Notes under the pieces: model-generated | The model's input: the letters and a program-made list of their open reading frames with translations, nothing else | Database searches by the model: none | Told to the model about the DNA's origin: nothing | Position numbers and translations under genes: made by a program | Shown: positions 54,501-61,849 of the stretch, in pieces | Numbering within the stretch: the stretch's first letter is position 1 | How the letters are laid out: each line of letters begins with the position of its first letter | Origin: Perna viridis | Lineage: Eukaryota | DNA: 64,000 nucleotides | NCBI GenBank assembly: GCA_037379345.1 | Contig: CM074514.1 | Span: forward strand, 30,070,001 to 30,134,000 | Direction: 5' to 3'

Positions 54501-56798
54501 AAAATGTGAAGCCTTTTTTGGTATGCATCACAAATTACAGAATTTGCATGATACTTACTAAGACTGCTATTTTAGCATGTTTGAATATTGACAATGCATA
54601 ATCAGGATTTACTGACCAGGTAATATCTGTGGGTAGTGCTTTACTTAGATTTACCCATTTATTTGTTTATAACCAACTAATAGCATTTTTTGATAACCTT
54701 GTTTCATATTGACCTTGTTTTTGTTTTTTTTTTCCTCTCATATAGATTGTTTACTTAGTAAAGCTTAACCAGAATTCATTTTTTTTATTTTTGCACTGAT
54801 AATTTTTTGTTGTATATGTAGAATGTACATAGTTGTTAAAATAATTATTGAATAAATGATAGTTCATTTCCACCTAAACTTACTGTCAGTAGTCTTGTTT
54901 AGATAATAACTTATAGAGGTATTCCTCATGAAAGGCCAAAAAAAAACATCCGTTTTGTGATTTAGGCATGCTAATCATGATAGATAAAAAGAAACGGTTA
55001 CTTACAGAAATTATCCTTTTGCATAATTACATCCATTAAGAGTTATTTCCCTTGAAAGTCCAAAAATGAAAATTTTGCTGTCTTCAAAACATTTACATGT
55101 ATATGAAGAAAACAATCTGTATATCAAGCATTACTTTTACAATAATTTCTTATGTAGAGTGCAATATTGTGATAAATTGACTTTAGGGAAAGTGATATTG
55201 CATGAAATGTTGATAATGTCTCAAGCTCAGCAGGCAAGGGCATTGTCAATTTTGAATGCCATTTAAGTATAGAGACCTCTTTAAATGATTTACTTTATGT
55301 TACTCTGGATTAAATGATACAACCACATAAATTCAAATTTTCTGGATATTAGTGATTCAGGCTCTTCAGAGCCTCCAGATTCAATATTAAATTTTTTTTT
55401 CTCAAATTTATGATAATGAATACATGTGTACTTAAGGACATATCATTTTATTACATATGAATTGCAAATGTATTGTAATTTTAAAAACGGATTCAAGTAT
55501 TTTTTCTTTGAATTGTAAGGAGGTACTGAATATATGACATTGGATTTTCTTTTTCCAAAGACTAATGGATGGGAGCAGATAAACTTTATGTAGCACTCTT
55601 TATGAAAAAAAAATATGCAGGAGGTTGTTGATGCTTGTGAAAGGCCCACCAAAGTCACTTGTATTTTTCTTTCAGAAACAGTTACTAACCACATAACCAG
55701 TCTTAGTTTGCCATTTGGTTGCTGCACTTTTGAGAAAATATTATATTGTGTTTGAAATTGGCACTTTCCAAGCATTAACATTTTTGATCTGTTTGATTTC
55801 TGTGGGAGATGAATGTATTTTTTTTTTTTTTGAAATTGCAGTCTTTATACAAGAAAGACTGATCATGTTGCATGAAAATGTAGTAAATGTAGACTGAAAA
55901 AAACATAGTCTATTCAGTGGGTTTTTCTGCACCGTGAGTAACCTCTACTAGGCGGTGTCTGAACTTTATGTGGATTAACAAAAATAACTATTTAATTTGT
56001 TGGTTGAAAATTTTATACTTTTTGGTTGGTCTATTAAAAATTTATGTTTCATTAGTCTAATTAACTGATTGAGCAATTATTTCTACTTTCAGCCCTTCTG
56101 TTGATCTGAAAAACAAAGAGGACACTCCTTCTAAACGGAGGCGAGAGTATGAATCACAAGAGGTTGTCCTTGACCTTCCATTAGAGCCACTTGAGGCTAT
56201 TGTACCTCCTCGTGTCAATGGTGCCAGGGAAATGAGTCTAGGCTACGACAGCGGTTTAGAGAACGAATCCAACTCCTCATCTTCTGGTGGTGAGAATGGT
56301 GCCACTGGCATGGCTGATCAACAGGAGATACAGATGGAGACTGATGTAGAGGGAGCTGTAGGTACAGGGGAAGTAACTCCAAAGGAAATACAAGTTGTCA
56401 CTGGTGTTACAGAGGCAGGCCAATTATCTGGGCATGATGTATTTACATTTGAGATGGAGACAGGTGACACAGATGATGATCTTTATGAAGAGGATTCACA
56501 GGATGACAAGATTACAAGAAGAAGAAGTTCCAAAAAGAAAAAAGCTGGTGAACTGAAAGTCTTTTCTCCACAATCTGCAGAAGATAATTCAGACACAGAT
56601 GTGGAAAAACAGCCACCAGAATCACCAAAACATGGAAGTTTAGAGAAGACAAGTATTGAAAGTAAAGAGAACTCTGATACAGATGAAAAAAATGAAACTA
56701 AGGACAATGACAGTATTGTTTCAGATAAGATTGATGACCAGAATAATGATGAAGAAAAGAGTCAATCCAATCAAGAGGATGAAATCACTTCATTTTAA
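283..56798 (+). CDS. Large multi-exon cadherin-related protein (CDH23/PCDH15/CDHR2/Cad99C-like), 5'-truncated by the window; 40 exons, ~2,654 aa visible
   Basis: Hand-spliced exons join in consistent phase (7,967 nt including 2 nt of a split first codon; divisible by 3 after that). Repeated LDRE/LDYE, DxNDNxP and AxDxD motifs give ~21 EC repeats. These are followed by a non-EC juxtamembrane domain, TM helix IALVVIGVFIFAATLISIIVAHY and a tail ending EITSF-stop. No EGF or LamG domains are seen before the TM, unlike Fat, CELSR or invertebrate classical cadherins. Confidence 0.93.
778..928. repeat. Long imperfect hairpin (palindromic element)
   Basis: AATAACCAAAATATGATCAC / GTGATCATATTTTGGTTATT outer arms and TAGATTTAAC / GTTAAATCTA inner arms. 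Confidence 0.8.
1295..1481 (+). CDS. Cadherin exon 2
   Basis: tttcag| VINASDEDNLG...LDYD...QAKD |gtgagt (phase 1). Confidence 0.92.
2721..2885. repeat. 33-bp tandem repeat x 5
   Basis: TTTTCTCATGGGAGTTTGGGAAATCTTAGACAC. Confidence 0.92.
3217..3365 (+). CDS. Cadherin exon 3
   Basis: ctgtag| EMSGSLV...VRDKDNKPPKF...VVR |gtaagt. Confidence 0.9.
3791..5053 (+). CDS. Cadherin exon 4 (1,263 bp, ~4 EC repeats)
   Basis: ttgtag| VVATDPD...DENDNPP...LDYE...IDRT |gtaagt; matches the 424-aa ORF. Confidence 0.95.
5834..5932 (+). CDS. Cadherin exon 5
   Basis: gaag| GLIMSNGPLDREKKSKDEVYVTV...HAR |gttagt. Confidence 0.88.
7334..7477 (+). CDS. Cadherin exon 6
   Basis: ttttag| VTIDVVDINDNPPRF...EDPDLNTK |gttagt. 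Confidence 0.92.
8190..8707. repeat. 4 x 123-bp near-identical tandem array inside a 26-bp inverted repeat
   Basis: CAGTGCAC cores at 8198, 8321, 8444, 8567 and 8690 (exact 123-bp spacing); outer IR GACAATAACAGTGCACCGACTTGACA / TGTCAAGTCAGTGCACTGTTATTGTC. Confidence 0.95.
9058..9204 (+). CDS. Cadherin exon 7
   Basis: ttacag| LNFTITKDNSDGKFTIE...LDYD...YSLT |gtaggt. Confidence 0.9.
9522..9740. mobile_element. MITE family A (TTAA-flanked, GGAGGTAGACCTAGGGTAAGGGACA TIR; Kolobok-like termini)
   Basis: ttaa|GGAGGTAGACCTAGGGTAAGGGACA...TGTCCCTTACTCTAGGTCTACCTCC|ttaa; five copies in the window. Confidence 0.85.
10288..10404 (+). CDS. Cadherin exon 8
   Basis: taacag| AEVSDGRY...DDVNDNLPKF...TYE |gtaatc. 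Confidence 0.9.
10545..11510. mobile_element. Triple nest: SINE-like repeat > TIR element (10670-11387) > TA-flanked MITE (10783-11268)
   Basis: The outer halves match 62950-63157. The middle TIR is CAGACAAATGTGCCA/TGGCACATTTGGCTG. The inner TIR is ta|CACTCCTTG...CAAGGAGTG|ta. Confidence 0.75.
11627..11717 (+). CDS. Cadherin exon 9 (GC donor)
   Basis: ttttag| ELPAHTSIMYLEAYDEDALDAGKLTYSLEG+G |gcaagg. Phase 1 is required by the next exon, and no GT occurs before the in-frame stop. Confidence 0.85.
11908..12111. mobile_element. MITE family C copy
   Basis: ta|CAATGAAACCT...AGGATTCTCTG|ta with 2-3 internal gttt-agacagg repeats. Confidence 0.6.
12939..13078. repeat. 33-bp tandem repeat x ~4
   Basis: GGCGCAATCAATACAAGGGCTCAAATAAGTTAT. 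Confidence 0.9.
13140..13258 (+). CDS. Cadherin exon 10
   Basis: tttcag| VDSSYFTIRYG...LDRE...ATDSAGHR |gtaagt. Confidence 0.92.
14002..14092 (+). CDS. Cadherin exon 11
   Basis: atgtag| GTTKVNITVLDINDNPPMF...VE |gtatgt. Confidence 0.92.
14562..16037 (+). mobile_element. Decayed Penelope-like retroelement with N-terminal GIY-YIG (Naiad type), internally deleted
   Basis: Frameshifted ORFs 14925-15810: KCGIKNCK...NLINGLECNSCGLVYVG...H...HF...H...REEYWIRRIGTAIPYKCND (GIY-YIG endonuclease). Downstream RT fragment 15840-16035: LARSFNLSFHYKDDILSLNN...IYP/KELEIKD...SASYLDLHLEID (decayed YIDD motif). Confidence 0.85.
16273..16403 (+). CDS. Cadherin exon 12
   Basis: tgtcag| GPTSKGF...TDPDLGENG...PNNT |gtaggt. 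Confidence 0.9.
17158..17289 (+). CDS. Cadherin exon 13
   Basis: ttgcag| GVITVLKELDRE...AVDTGKPSLSATTL |gttagt. Confidence 0.92.
17708..18687. mobile_element. Non-autonomous DNA transposon (~980 bp), CAGTGTTTTAGCTAG / CTGGCTAAATCCCTG imperfect TIR
   Basis: Imperfect 15-bp TIR with CpG-richer ends. It is inserted in a host repeat; flanks cattt/cattc may be a decayed TSD. Confidence 0.6.
19227..19407 (+). CDS. Cadherin exon 14
   Basis: ttttag| VTLSVTDINDCKPEF...GPDS |gtatgt. Confidence 0.92.
19838..20214. repeat. Minisatellite, 33-bp unit x 11, inside a family C MITE
   Basis: GACAGGTTTTCAGATAATTCAGGGTTCAGTTTA; unit starts run from 19838 to 20201. Confidence 0.93.
20285..20403 (+). CDS. Cadherin exon 15
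   Basis: tttcag| DVFVIDNSGEIHL...YSLTIVANDSLNRNT |gtgagt. Confidence 0.9.
21190..21396 (+). CDS. Cadherin exon 16
   Basis: ttacag| APLRVHITDVNDHDPQF...ATDDDLGDNG...IDQ |gtaatt. Confidence 0.92.
22380..22484 (+). CDS. Cadherin exon 17
   Basis: atccag| NGSIRTIGALDRD...AVDGGESQRT |gtaaga. Confidence 0.9.
22474..22812. repeat. ~45-bp tandem repeat x ~7.5 containing the exon-17 splice donor
   Basis: CCCAAAGAACT|GTAAGGTTTTATCAAAGGGACCAGTT..GGTTT. Confidence 0.9.
23549..23668 (+). CDS. Cadherin exon 18
   Basis: gtatag| GYTEVVVYITDINDNYPTF...KENSPNGTGVLI |gtaagt. Confidence 0.92.
25240..26880. mobile_element. Two adjacent Helentron/HINE-like non-autonomous elements with ~150-200-bp core repeats
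   Basis: ttagctcacc-type 5' end (26098), caggtgagtgattcaggc-type 3' end (25924) and repeated cores (cttctcctctgaaactact..., ataggggtcagacagtag...). A related fragment lies at ~29950-30310. Confidence 0.55.
26915..27085 (+). CDS. Cadherin exon 19
   Basis: ttgtag| LPPITATDKDYG...LDRESKSEYYMQ |gtaaaa. Confidence 0.9.
27425..27980. repeat. 32-33-bp minisatellite x ~16, degenerate at the edges
   Basis: TAGAATCCTGTAATCATCTTACCAAACCAACTG and ...ATCTATCAGGCATACTG variants. Confidence 0.9.
28066..28413. repeat. 25-bp minisatellite x ~14 ending at the exon-20 acceptor
   Basis: GATATATATTATACACATTTACACC variants; the last unit ends ATATTTACAG|. Confidence 0.93.
28414..28666 (+). CDS. Cadherin exon 20
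   Basis: ttacag| VKAADRNG...LDVNDKAPQF...FYIDILS |gtatac. Confidence 0.9.
29551..29817 (+). CDS. Cadherin exon 21
   Basis: ttgaag| GEIYTSGNLDREE...DSNDNCPVF...MNDS |gtacta. Confidence 0.9.
30379..30590. mobile_element. MITE family A copy (opposite orientation)
   Basis: Same TIR; internal sequence is the reverse complement of 9522-9740. Confidence 0.8.
31615..32211 (+). CDS. Cadherin exon 22
   Basis: ttacag| VPFMINDNSF...LDRE...DMNDNYPEF...ENIPV |gtaagt. Confidence 0.93.
33745..33860 (+). CDS. Cadherin exon 23
   Basis: tgacag| GSFIETVEAIVQNGTNYKLTYSL...AQVS |gtaagt. Confidence 0.87.
34648..34755 (+). CDS. Cadherin exon 24
   Basis: tactag| GNITTSSVIDRE...VTDGKIPERTAYTV |gtaagt. Confidence 0.9.
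35514..35682 (+). CDS. Cadherin exon 25
   Basis: ttaaag| VSITVTDQNDNAP...ATDKDSGQNG...HNP |gtaaac. Confidence 0.92.
35895..36036. repeat. Long imperfect hairpin (palindromic element)
   Basis: TTTTTTCATATTGGTCCTGTAT / ATACAGGACCAATATGAAAAAA perfect 22-bp arms. Confidence 0.8.
36127..38101. repeat. Minisatellite, 46-bp unit x ~43
   Basis: GGA(A/T)CATTGTGTCATGGACATTTATTCCATATCTAAGTGTTTTGCT, contiguous with no spacers. Confidence 0.97.
38551..38645 (+). CDS. Cadherin exon 26
   Basis: tttcag| DNQFILNARTGLL...LDRETKPYYNLTVV |gtatgt. Confidence 0.92.
39111..39248 (+). CDS. Cadherin exon 27
   Basis: gaacag| AFDHGNPAKSS...TDQNDNEPLF...PRT |gtaagt. Confidence 0.92.
39523..39631 (+). CDS. Cadherin exon 28
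   Basis: taacag| YVCNVTATDPDNSLNG...FEIDPL |gtatgg. Confidence 0.92.
40899..41156 (+). CDS. Cadherin exon 29
   Basis: tttaag| DGSISTLESLDYE...AMDLGTP...YNIE |gtatga. Confidence 0.9.
42092..42368. mobile_element. MITE family B copy (internally deleted)
   Basis: Homologous to 60893-61286. Confidence 0.7.
43050..43186 (+). CDS. Cadherin exon 30
   Basis: ttttag| DGNRGNHFQINPTSGEI...ASDSTTTDYTK |gttaga. Confidence 0.9.
43714..43876 (+). CDS. Cadherin exon 31
   Basis: atacag| VLVHIITGNVEKFNNRFTAFVPEN...IIPN |gtaggc. Confidence 0.85.
44371..44492. repeat. 29-bp tandem repeat x 4
   Basis: TGAATGTATCAATGGATGCCAATATCACC. Confidence 0.9.
45569..45697 (+). CDS. Cadherin exon 32 (ends in RRKR)
   Basis: ttttag| VTNVFKLNETTGEL...LDRE...KVSSNRRKR |gtaaat. 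Confidence 0.9.
46664..46873. mobile_element. MITE family A copy
   Basis: Same TIRs and internal sequence. Confidence 0.85.
47475..47614 (+). CDS. Cadherin exon 33
   Basis: caacag| DTLGELLVVIVNVKDENDNPPSF...TTII |gtaaga. Confidence 0.9.
48403..48588 (+). CDS. Cadherin exon 34 (last EC repeat)
   Basis: ttacag| ADDKDLNSTIQYSI...ANDGNFSTSISVK |gtaatt. Confidence 0.92.
49238..49326 (+). CDS. Cadherin exon 35 (membrane-adjacent domain)
   Basis: ttccag| FLVISNSNKVVLTIPIPTSEFEVKNETIL |gtatta (phase 2). Confidence 0.85.
50329..50468. mobile_element. Small GC-rich MITE (GGATCYAG TIR family); relatives at ~44488-44702, 58477-58618 and 59583-59742
   Basis: cagggatggatctaga...tctggatctgccactag inverted ends around G/C runs. 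Confidence 0.5.
50581..50670 (+). CDS. Cadherin exon 36 (membrane-adjacent domain)
   Basis: ttacag| NISTIVGFNVEMEKYGVHVDSRTHTVDLS |gtaagt. Confidence 0.85.
50992..51060 (+). CDS. Cadherin exon 37 (membrane-adjacent domain)
   Basis: tttcag| TDIYFHGINETVGSVLSQEEAV |gtatta. Confidence 0.85.
51526..51717 (+). CDS. Cadherin exon 38 (transmembrane helix)
   Basis: ctacag| IVESKTKE...EIALVVIGVFIFAATLISIIVAHYTWK |gtaagc. Confidence 0.92.
52057..52222. repeat. ~41-bp tandem repeat x 4
   Basis: AGTCCTTTCTACCATATCAGGATCATGGTTCATAAAAAAAT. Confidence 0.9.
52250..52445 (+). mobile_element. Short interspersed repeat (cttaccctaccggtgcacctg head); copies at 33330-33540, 14562-14737 (3' part), 59953-59980 and 62466-62528 (-)
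   Basis: Direct sequence similarity between copies; the ORF-track peptides 52277 and 33320 are homologous artefacts. Confidence 0.7.
52975..53133 (+). CDS. Cadherin exon 39 (cytoplasmic)
   Basis: aatcag| FKSSQKTLQDKIWE...GAVNPAF...ANN+AT |gtaatt; phase 2 matches the final exon. Confidence 0.8.
53729..53924. mobile_element. MITE family A copy (left TIR truncated), nested in a family C element
   Basis: Internal sequence and right TIR match; flanked by family C sequence 53680-54053. Confidence 0.75.
54227..54570. mobile_element. MITE family B copy
   Basis: Homologous to 60893-61286. Confidence 0.7.
56093..56798 (+). CDS. Cadherin terminal exon (acidic tail, PDZ-binding end)
   Basis: tttcag| PSVDLK...EYESQEVVLDL...DEITSF* ; extends the 188-aa ORF 5' to the acceptor. 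Confidence 0.87.
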
Positions 56799-57064
56799 TT
56801 CCTAAAATTTTCATAAGATGACATTAGAAATAAGAATATGGAGTAAAGGATGCTAAAAGGATTTCAGAAGTCTTATATTTGGTAGATGGTATTCCTGCAT
56901 TTGATCAAACAAACTGATTATAACTTACATGATTTTAATCATATTTTGTCATTTAGTACATTTGTCATCATTGTTGAAAATTTTGTAATTGAAGATTATT
57001 GTTGATTTTGTTGTTTGAAACTTTACAGTATTATTGTGCCAATCCTGGTGAAGATCTATTCATA

Positions 57065-57581
57065 CAGTGAAACCTGTCTATACCTATCCATGGACAGTCT
57101 GAAAACCTGTAAAAAACCACACATTTAAAAAAAAAATCCCTTAATATTAATTTGATAATGTTCGCTGTTTAAAAATAATGATTTCAAAGGGTTGTGAAAT
57201 CTTTTAAAGATCTTTCCTGGTAGAACAATATGAGAAGAAAAAATTTTTTGGGTCAGTGGCTAGTTTTTGAGATATTCCCATTTGAACTGATTTCTCTTGA
57301 TTTTCCATAGGTTTTGTGTTAGTGGCTTTTATATATTAGAAACACTGAAGAAATAACAAGAATTCTATAAAACTTCTTAAAGAATATTTTGAGGTGTGTT
57401 CAATGAAGTTATGAAATGAAAAGTGGGGGTCGCTAAGAAATGGATAAAATCTTAGGATTCCGAAAATTTGCCAAAAAAGGCTGAACAAGAGCAGCAAACA
57501 TCCTTTAGTCTATTTTTAACCTGGGTAAATTGAACCAACTCTTCAAGTCCATCAGGGTTTCAGTATATAAAGGTTTCATTG
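57065..57581. mobile_element. MITE family C (TA|CAGTGAAACCT TIR; Tc1/mariner/pogo-like) in the likely 3'UTR, with a nested insert at ~57155-57505
   Basis: ta|CAGTGAAACCT...AGGTTTCATTG|ta; related copies at 11908-12111, 19755-20214 and 53680-54053. Confidence 0.7.
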
Positions 57582-58317
57582 TACTTACTAGATCGGTTTT
57601 TGTGCAATACATATTATTGTTATGAATAATTATGGTAGTGTAAAGATATGAATTCAAATTAAAAGCTTTCTTCCTTTTTTGTAGACTTAAATATTAGACA
57701 CAGACCACTTTGTGGGGGGTGGGGATAGGGGGCTTGGATTTTATGTTGAGTAAAGTTTTTTTTTCTTCAGCAGCAGTCTGAGTTAAATATATATATAGTT
57801 AAGTAATGTGGGAAATATTTAATCATATTTTTTTTTCTGTCCATGGAGGAACAAAAATGTTGGCTCAAATTTGAAGTTTTTTTGTTTTTTGTTTTTTTTT
57901 TCGAAATAATCCCCCATTCAGTATATAATGGTCGGTGCCTAAGAACATACTTTCTTTAAAACTGCAATAATTTTATGTTCCCTGTTTTCTAAAAAAAAAT
58001 TAAGAAAAAGAAGTGATTTTGCTTTGAGTTCTTTATAAACTATTAAATAAAAAATTTTGTTTTATAGAATTCTTGAAAAGTAAAAGGTTGTGTTCAAAAT
58101 TGATACTAGTGTGCATATTGACAAATTAGATAAATTATATGGGAACTAGACTAAATATATTAATAGTCAAACTTGTTGATTTTCATAGTGCATTTACAGA
58201 AATATTTATTATAAATGAAATTAATCCATGTATTGGGCTTACATGTTTACAGGTTATTGTGTGCCAATTCAATCCAATGCAAGTTGTCAAATTATTGATT
58301 TAAATATTTTTTCATCA

Positions 58318-58328
58318 AAATAAATAAA
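58318..58328 (+). promoter_or_regulatory. Candidate polyadenylation signals (overlapping AATAAA) of the cadherin gene
   Basis: aaataaataaa followed by T/GT-rich sequence about 1.5 kb after the stop codon. Another AATAAA lies near 58046. The AT-rich background makes this weak evidence. Confidence 0.35.
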
Positions 58329-60892
58329 GTATATTGTTTAAATTTTGTCTTCAGTTTATTATTCTAAGTTTATGGATCCTTACATGAAACTGCCTAATAC
58401 ATCTATAGATCATCATTTTCTTGTTAATTAAAAAAACACATGTTACTTATTTACATAAGCAATTAGTAGTGCATCACAGTGATGAATCAAGGGGGTTTCC
58501 GGGGGTCTAAATCCCCCACTTCTGTTGGAAATTTTTTATCAATTTCTTGCAGAATTTGTCAAAGATGAGCCCCATTCCCTTTTCAAGGTCTCTGACACAT
58601 AGGACTGGATAAACCTGCATATATACAAAGCAATGGTTAGAAGTTTTTAATGTTATAGAACATTTTTAGAACCTTTAGTTGTTTGTCTGATCGTAAATTG
58701 TATGAAATGACTGTAGACTCGACTCATATTTGGTCTGTTCTATTTACTCTGTTTGATCGTTAGGTAGGGCCAACAACAAAATGAAAAAGGGGAAAGGACT
58801 AGTTGGACTTTCTTGGAACTTTTATGTTTTTTGGGGGTTTGTTTTGGCAATTTTGAGCCCTGAAAGATGACAAAATTGTGTTATCAGTAGTGCAGTCATA
58901 TTTCTAACTATAGATTGGGCTTGCGTCGTTAAATCTTTTTTTGGATTGATAAGGTTATTTGAGTTTTTCTACCAGGTACCTGGTATCCAGGGTTGTGCTG
59001 GTCTTAAAAAATAAAAGTTTTATTTAAAGAAGGAAATAGAAAATTCCAGATTTTAAAAGGATAACCTAAACTTTTGACCCTTTAGGTGTATAAAATTGTA
59101 ACTGGGTACAATCACAACTACTCTTGTATATTTATATATATACGTATTGGCTACAGATCTATGGCATTAGCTGTGTGAGTTTCAGCCTCCAGAGACCTAT
59201 AATTACACAGGTCTATATGCTGCCTCACAAAGTGGATATCTGAACTTAACTTGTTTGCTCGACCCACAAATTGACCGTGGCCGTAACAAAAATTTGAAAA
59301 TGTGTCGTGTTTGCATTATAAGACTTGCCTTTACGTCATCGAACCTCAATTGCTCTATATGTTCGTGGTTAATATATGAAATTACAAAGAAATTATGTGG
59401 GATTTTTCCCGGGGAAATATTTCGAAAAACTAACAACTAACGTGATTACAGTAGTAGTTTAGGAATGGGACAGATAACAAATGAACATGTTCATGGCATA
59501 TTAGACAAATGACACCACTGACCCTAGTCTAAAAAGACGTCTCCGATAATCTCCATACCTAGCTTTCCATCGTAACTTTCCCAAGTGCGGATCCAAGGAC
59601 GGGTGTGCCGGATAATTGGGTGAGAAAATTTGCATGAAATCTTGATTTTTCACAATTCAACTTCCAAATTTTGTTTGTTTTGTCCGCATTAAATTCTTTC
59701 AACGCTACCCTCTTCCCTCTGGCCTGAACTCTGGGTCCGCTGCGTATGAAATAGTCATAAAACATCTTAAGTTGCATTATTTGAGAGTTACACAATAAAA
59801 GCTACACTTTAAAAGCTTCATAAAGATTTGGATGAAGGGGTGAATTATTTCTCTACTACTATGCGGTCAGCATCGCGAACTTGTTAATCACAAAAAATGT
59901 CAAACGGGTGTTTTACATTTAAGCACTAGGTGTTACTAGACAATCAGGTGGCACTTACCCTATCGGTGCACTTTAACCATGCAGAGCAATATCATTACTC
60001 AGATGTTTCGTTTCGTTTTGATTTGTTCGTTTATTTTGTTTTTGTTTTTGTTTTTATTTTTTTTTTTTTTTTGTTTTTGTTTTATTTGTTTTTGTTTTTT
60101 TTTTGTATTTTGTTTTTCGTAAACACGGTTTGAGTTGCTTTTTTTCACTACTTACAATATGAGTAGAGCAACGTACTCGTTTCCCAAAGTTGATGTATAT
60201 TTATCATGCAGCTGTTCGACGAGTCATTTTTACCTCGCACTAGGAATTCGGAATCAATTGAATTTCTTGTCGACTGACTGCAAGATTCCGCTTATCGTTT
60301 ATTGGTGAAATTTACGAAATGTTCTTGCAAATTTCCGTTTGTATGAGATTACTCTGCATGCAACTAACTTCACGTTCATGTAAAAGAAAACTACCAGAAC
60401 ATTGTGTATTTATTTACTCTAAATTATGATGAAATTTGTACATATATGAAATTAATTTTGATTCAAAAGTTTATCACAGCTACAGCTATATACGCTAACC
60501 AGTTACCTATGGAAAACAACAGTGCTTCTATTCGTATTTCTCCATTATACGTTACTTTCGATAGATCGTGTATCTTGAATGTCCACACTCTGACATTCTT
60601 ATTGGCTATACATAGTAAGTTCATGACTTATCAAATCAGGAATGATACATAGACATGTAATTAATTACAGGCCAATGCTACAATCTATTTATTTAGTTAC
60701 TACTAGTAACAATTATTTAAGCACCGTTTCAGACAATACACAGAAAAAAGGAAAATGTGAACAAAAAAGGCTGTGCGTATTGTTTTAGTATTGTTCTGTC
60801 TATAAACCTATTGAGGGTAATTCGACGCCTGTATGACATTTCTTACTATGTGTATTATATACAGATACGCTATTTAAAAAAACCACTGTAAT

Positions 60893-61286
60893 GTAGCACT
60901 CCAGCTAAGAATCATTCAAAATGTGATTCAAGGGTAAAAAGCCTACATATTTTTATTTTTTGATATTTTGTTGGAATTGCAATAGTAAACAGAAATTAAC
61001 ATTCAGTTTTTCATTTATCCCGTGTTCTTAGGAGATAAAAATTATATAGAATGCACCGTAGATTTCAAATTACAGGGAGATAACTCTGTAAATGAAACTC
61101 AAATATAATAGAATCTATTGGATTTTCAATGTTGATTATTTCCTAAGAACAGGCTGATTTGAATGAATAATTACACATTTCATAGTATAGACCAATAAAA
61201 TAACTTAATTACAAAAAAAATATGTACCTTTTTGGGGATGTATCACATTTTTTCCAATTTTGCATGATTCTTACAAAGACTGCTCC
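60893..61286. mobile_element. MITE family B (TAAGAATCATGCAAAA subterminal IR, TTAA-flanked); other copies at ~42092-42368 and ~54227-54570
   Basis: agcactccagctaagaatcattcaaaatgtga...ttttgcatgattcttacaaagactgctcc|ttaa; three clearly homologous copies plus an end fragment near 32235. Confidence 0.75.
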
Positions 61287-61849
61287 TTAATTGTTTACAC
61301 TGTATGATTTTTGATAATATGGCAAATTTACCAATTTATTCTTGTGGAACTAATTTAAAATCCACTAAATCTAACTTTCGCGCTGACACTTCATTTTTGA
61401 AATAGAATAAGTATTCTCAAGGTTTTTAGGCAACATAATTTTGCAGAAAAGACATGCATGGAACACCATTTTTCTTCTTTTAAGTGATTCTATGCATCAT
61501 GGATCGTTACAGCTTACTCTGTGTAAGTTCCAGTTAAGCGTGCAAGCATAGGCCAATAATGAATTTCAGGTCTCTGGTGCAAGCAAAAAAAAGTAAAAAC
61601 AAAACCATGTAAAGGTAATAAATTGTCTGAATGAGGAGAAATTTTTTCCTGAAGTTATTTTATGAAATAAAACCCGGTTAATCCTATCATATGGGTGTCT
61701 CTTCATAAATAAGAGGACGACCATATGATTTGAAGAGGGGACTGTACAGACATTTTGTGACAATTCGTGACATGATTCTATGACATATATATACAAAGTT
61801 GTGACCGTAAATGGGCTTTCAACATTGACCAGACTGTGCAGTGCGGTTT

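Noticed and set aside
283-56798. Calling the gene Fat, Dachsous, CELSR or clustered protocadherin
   Set aside because: No EGF, LamG, GAIN or 7TM domains; too many repeats and introns for a clustered protocadherin; no evidence of alternative variable-exon cassettes. The exact orthologue is uncertain, so no symbol is given.
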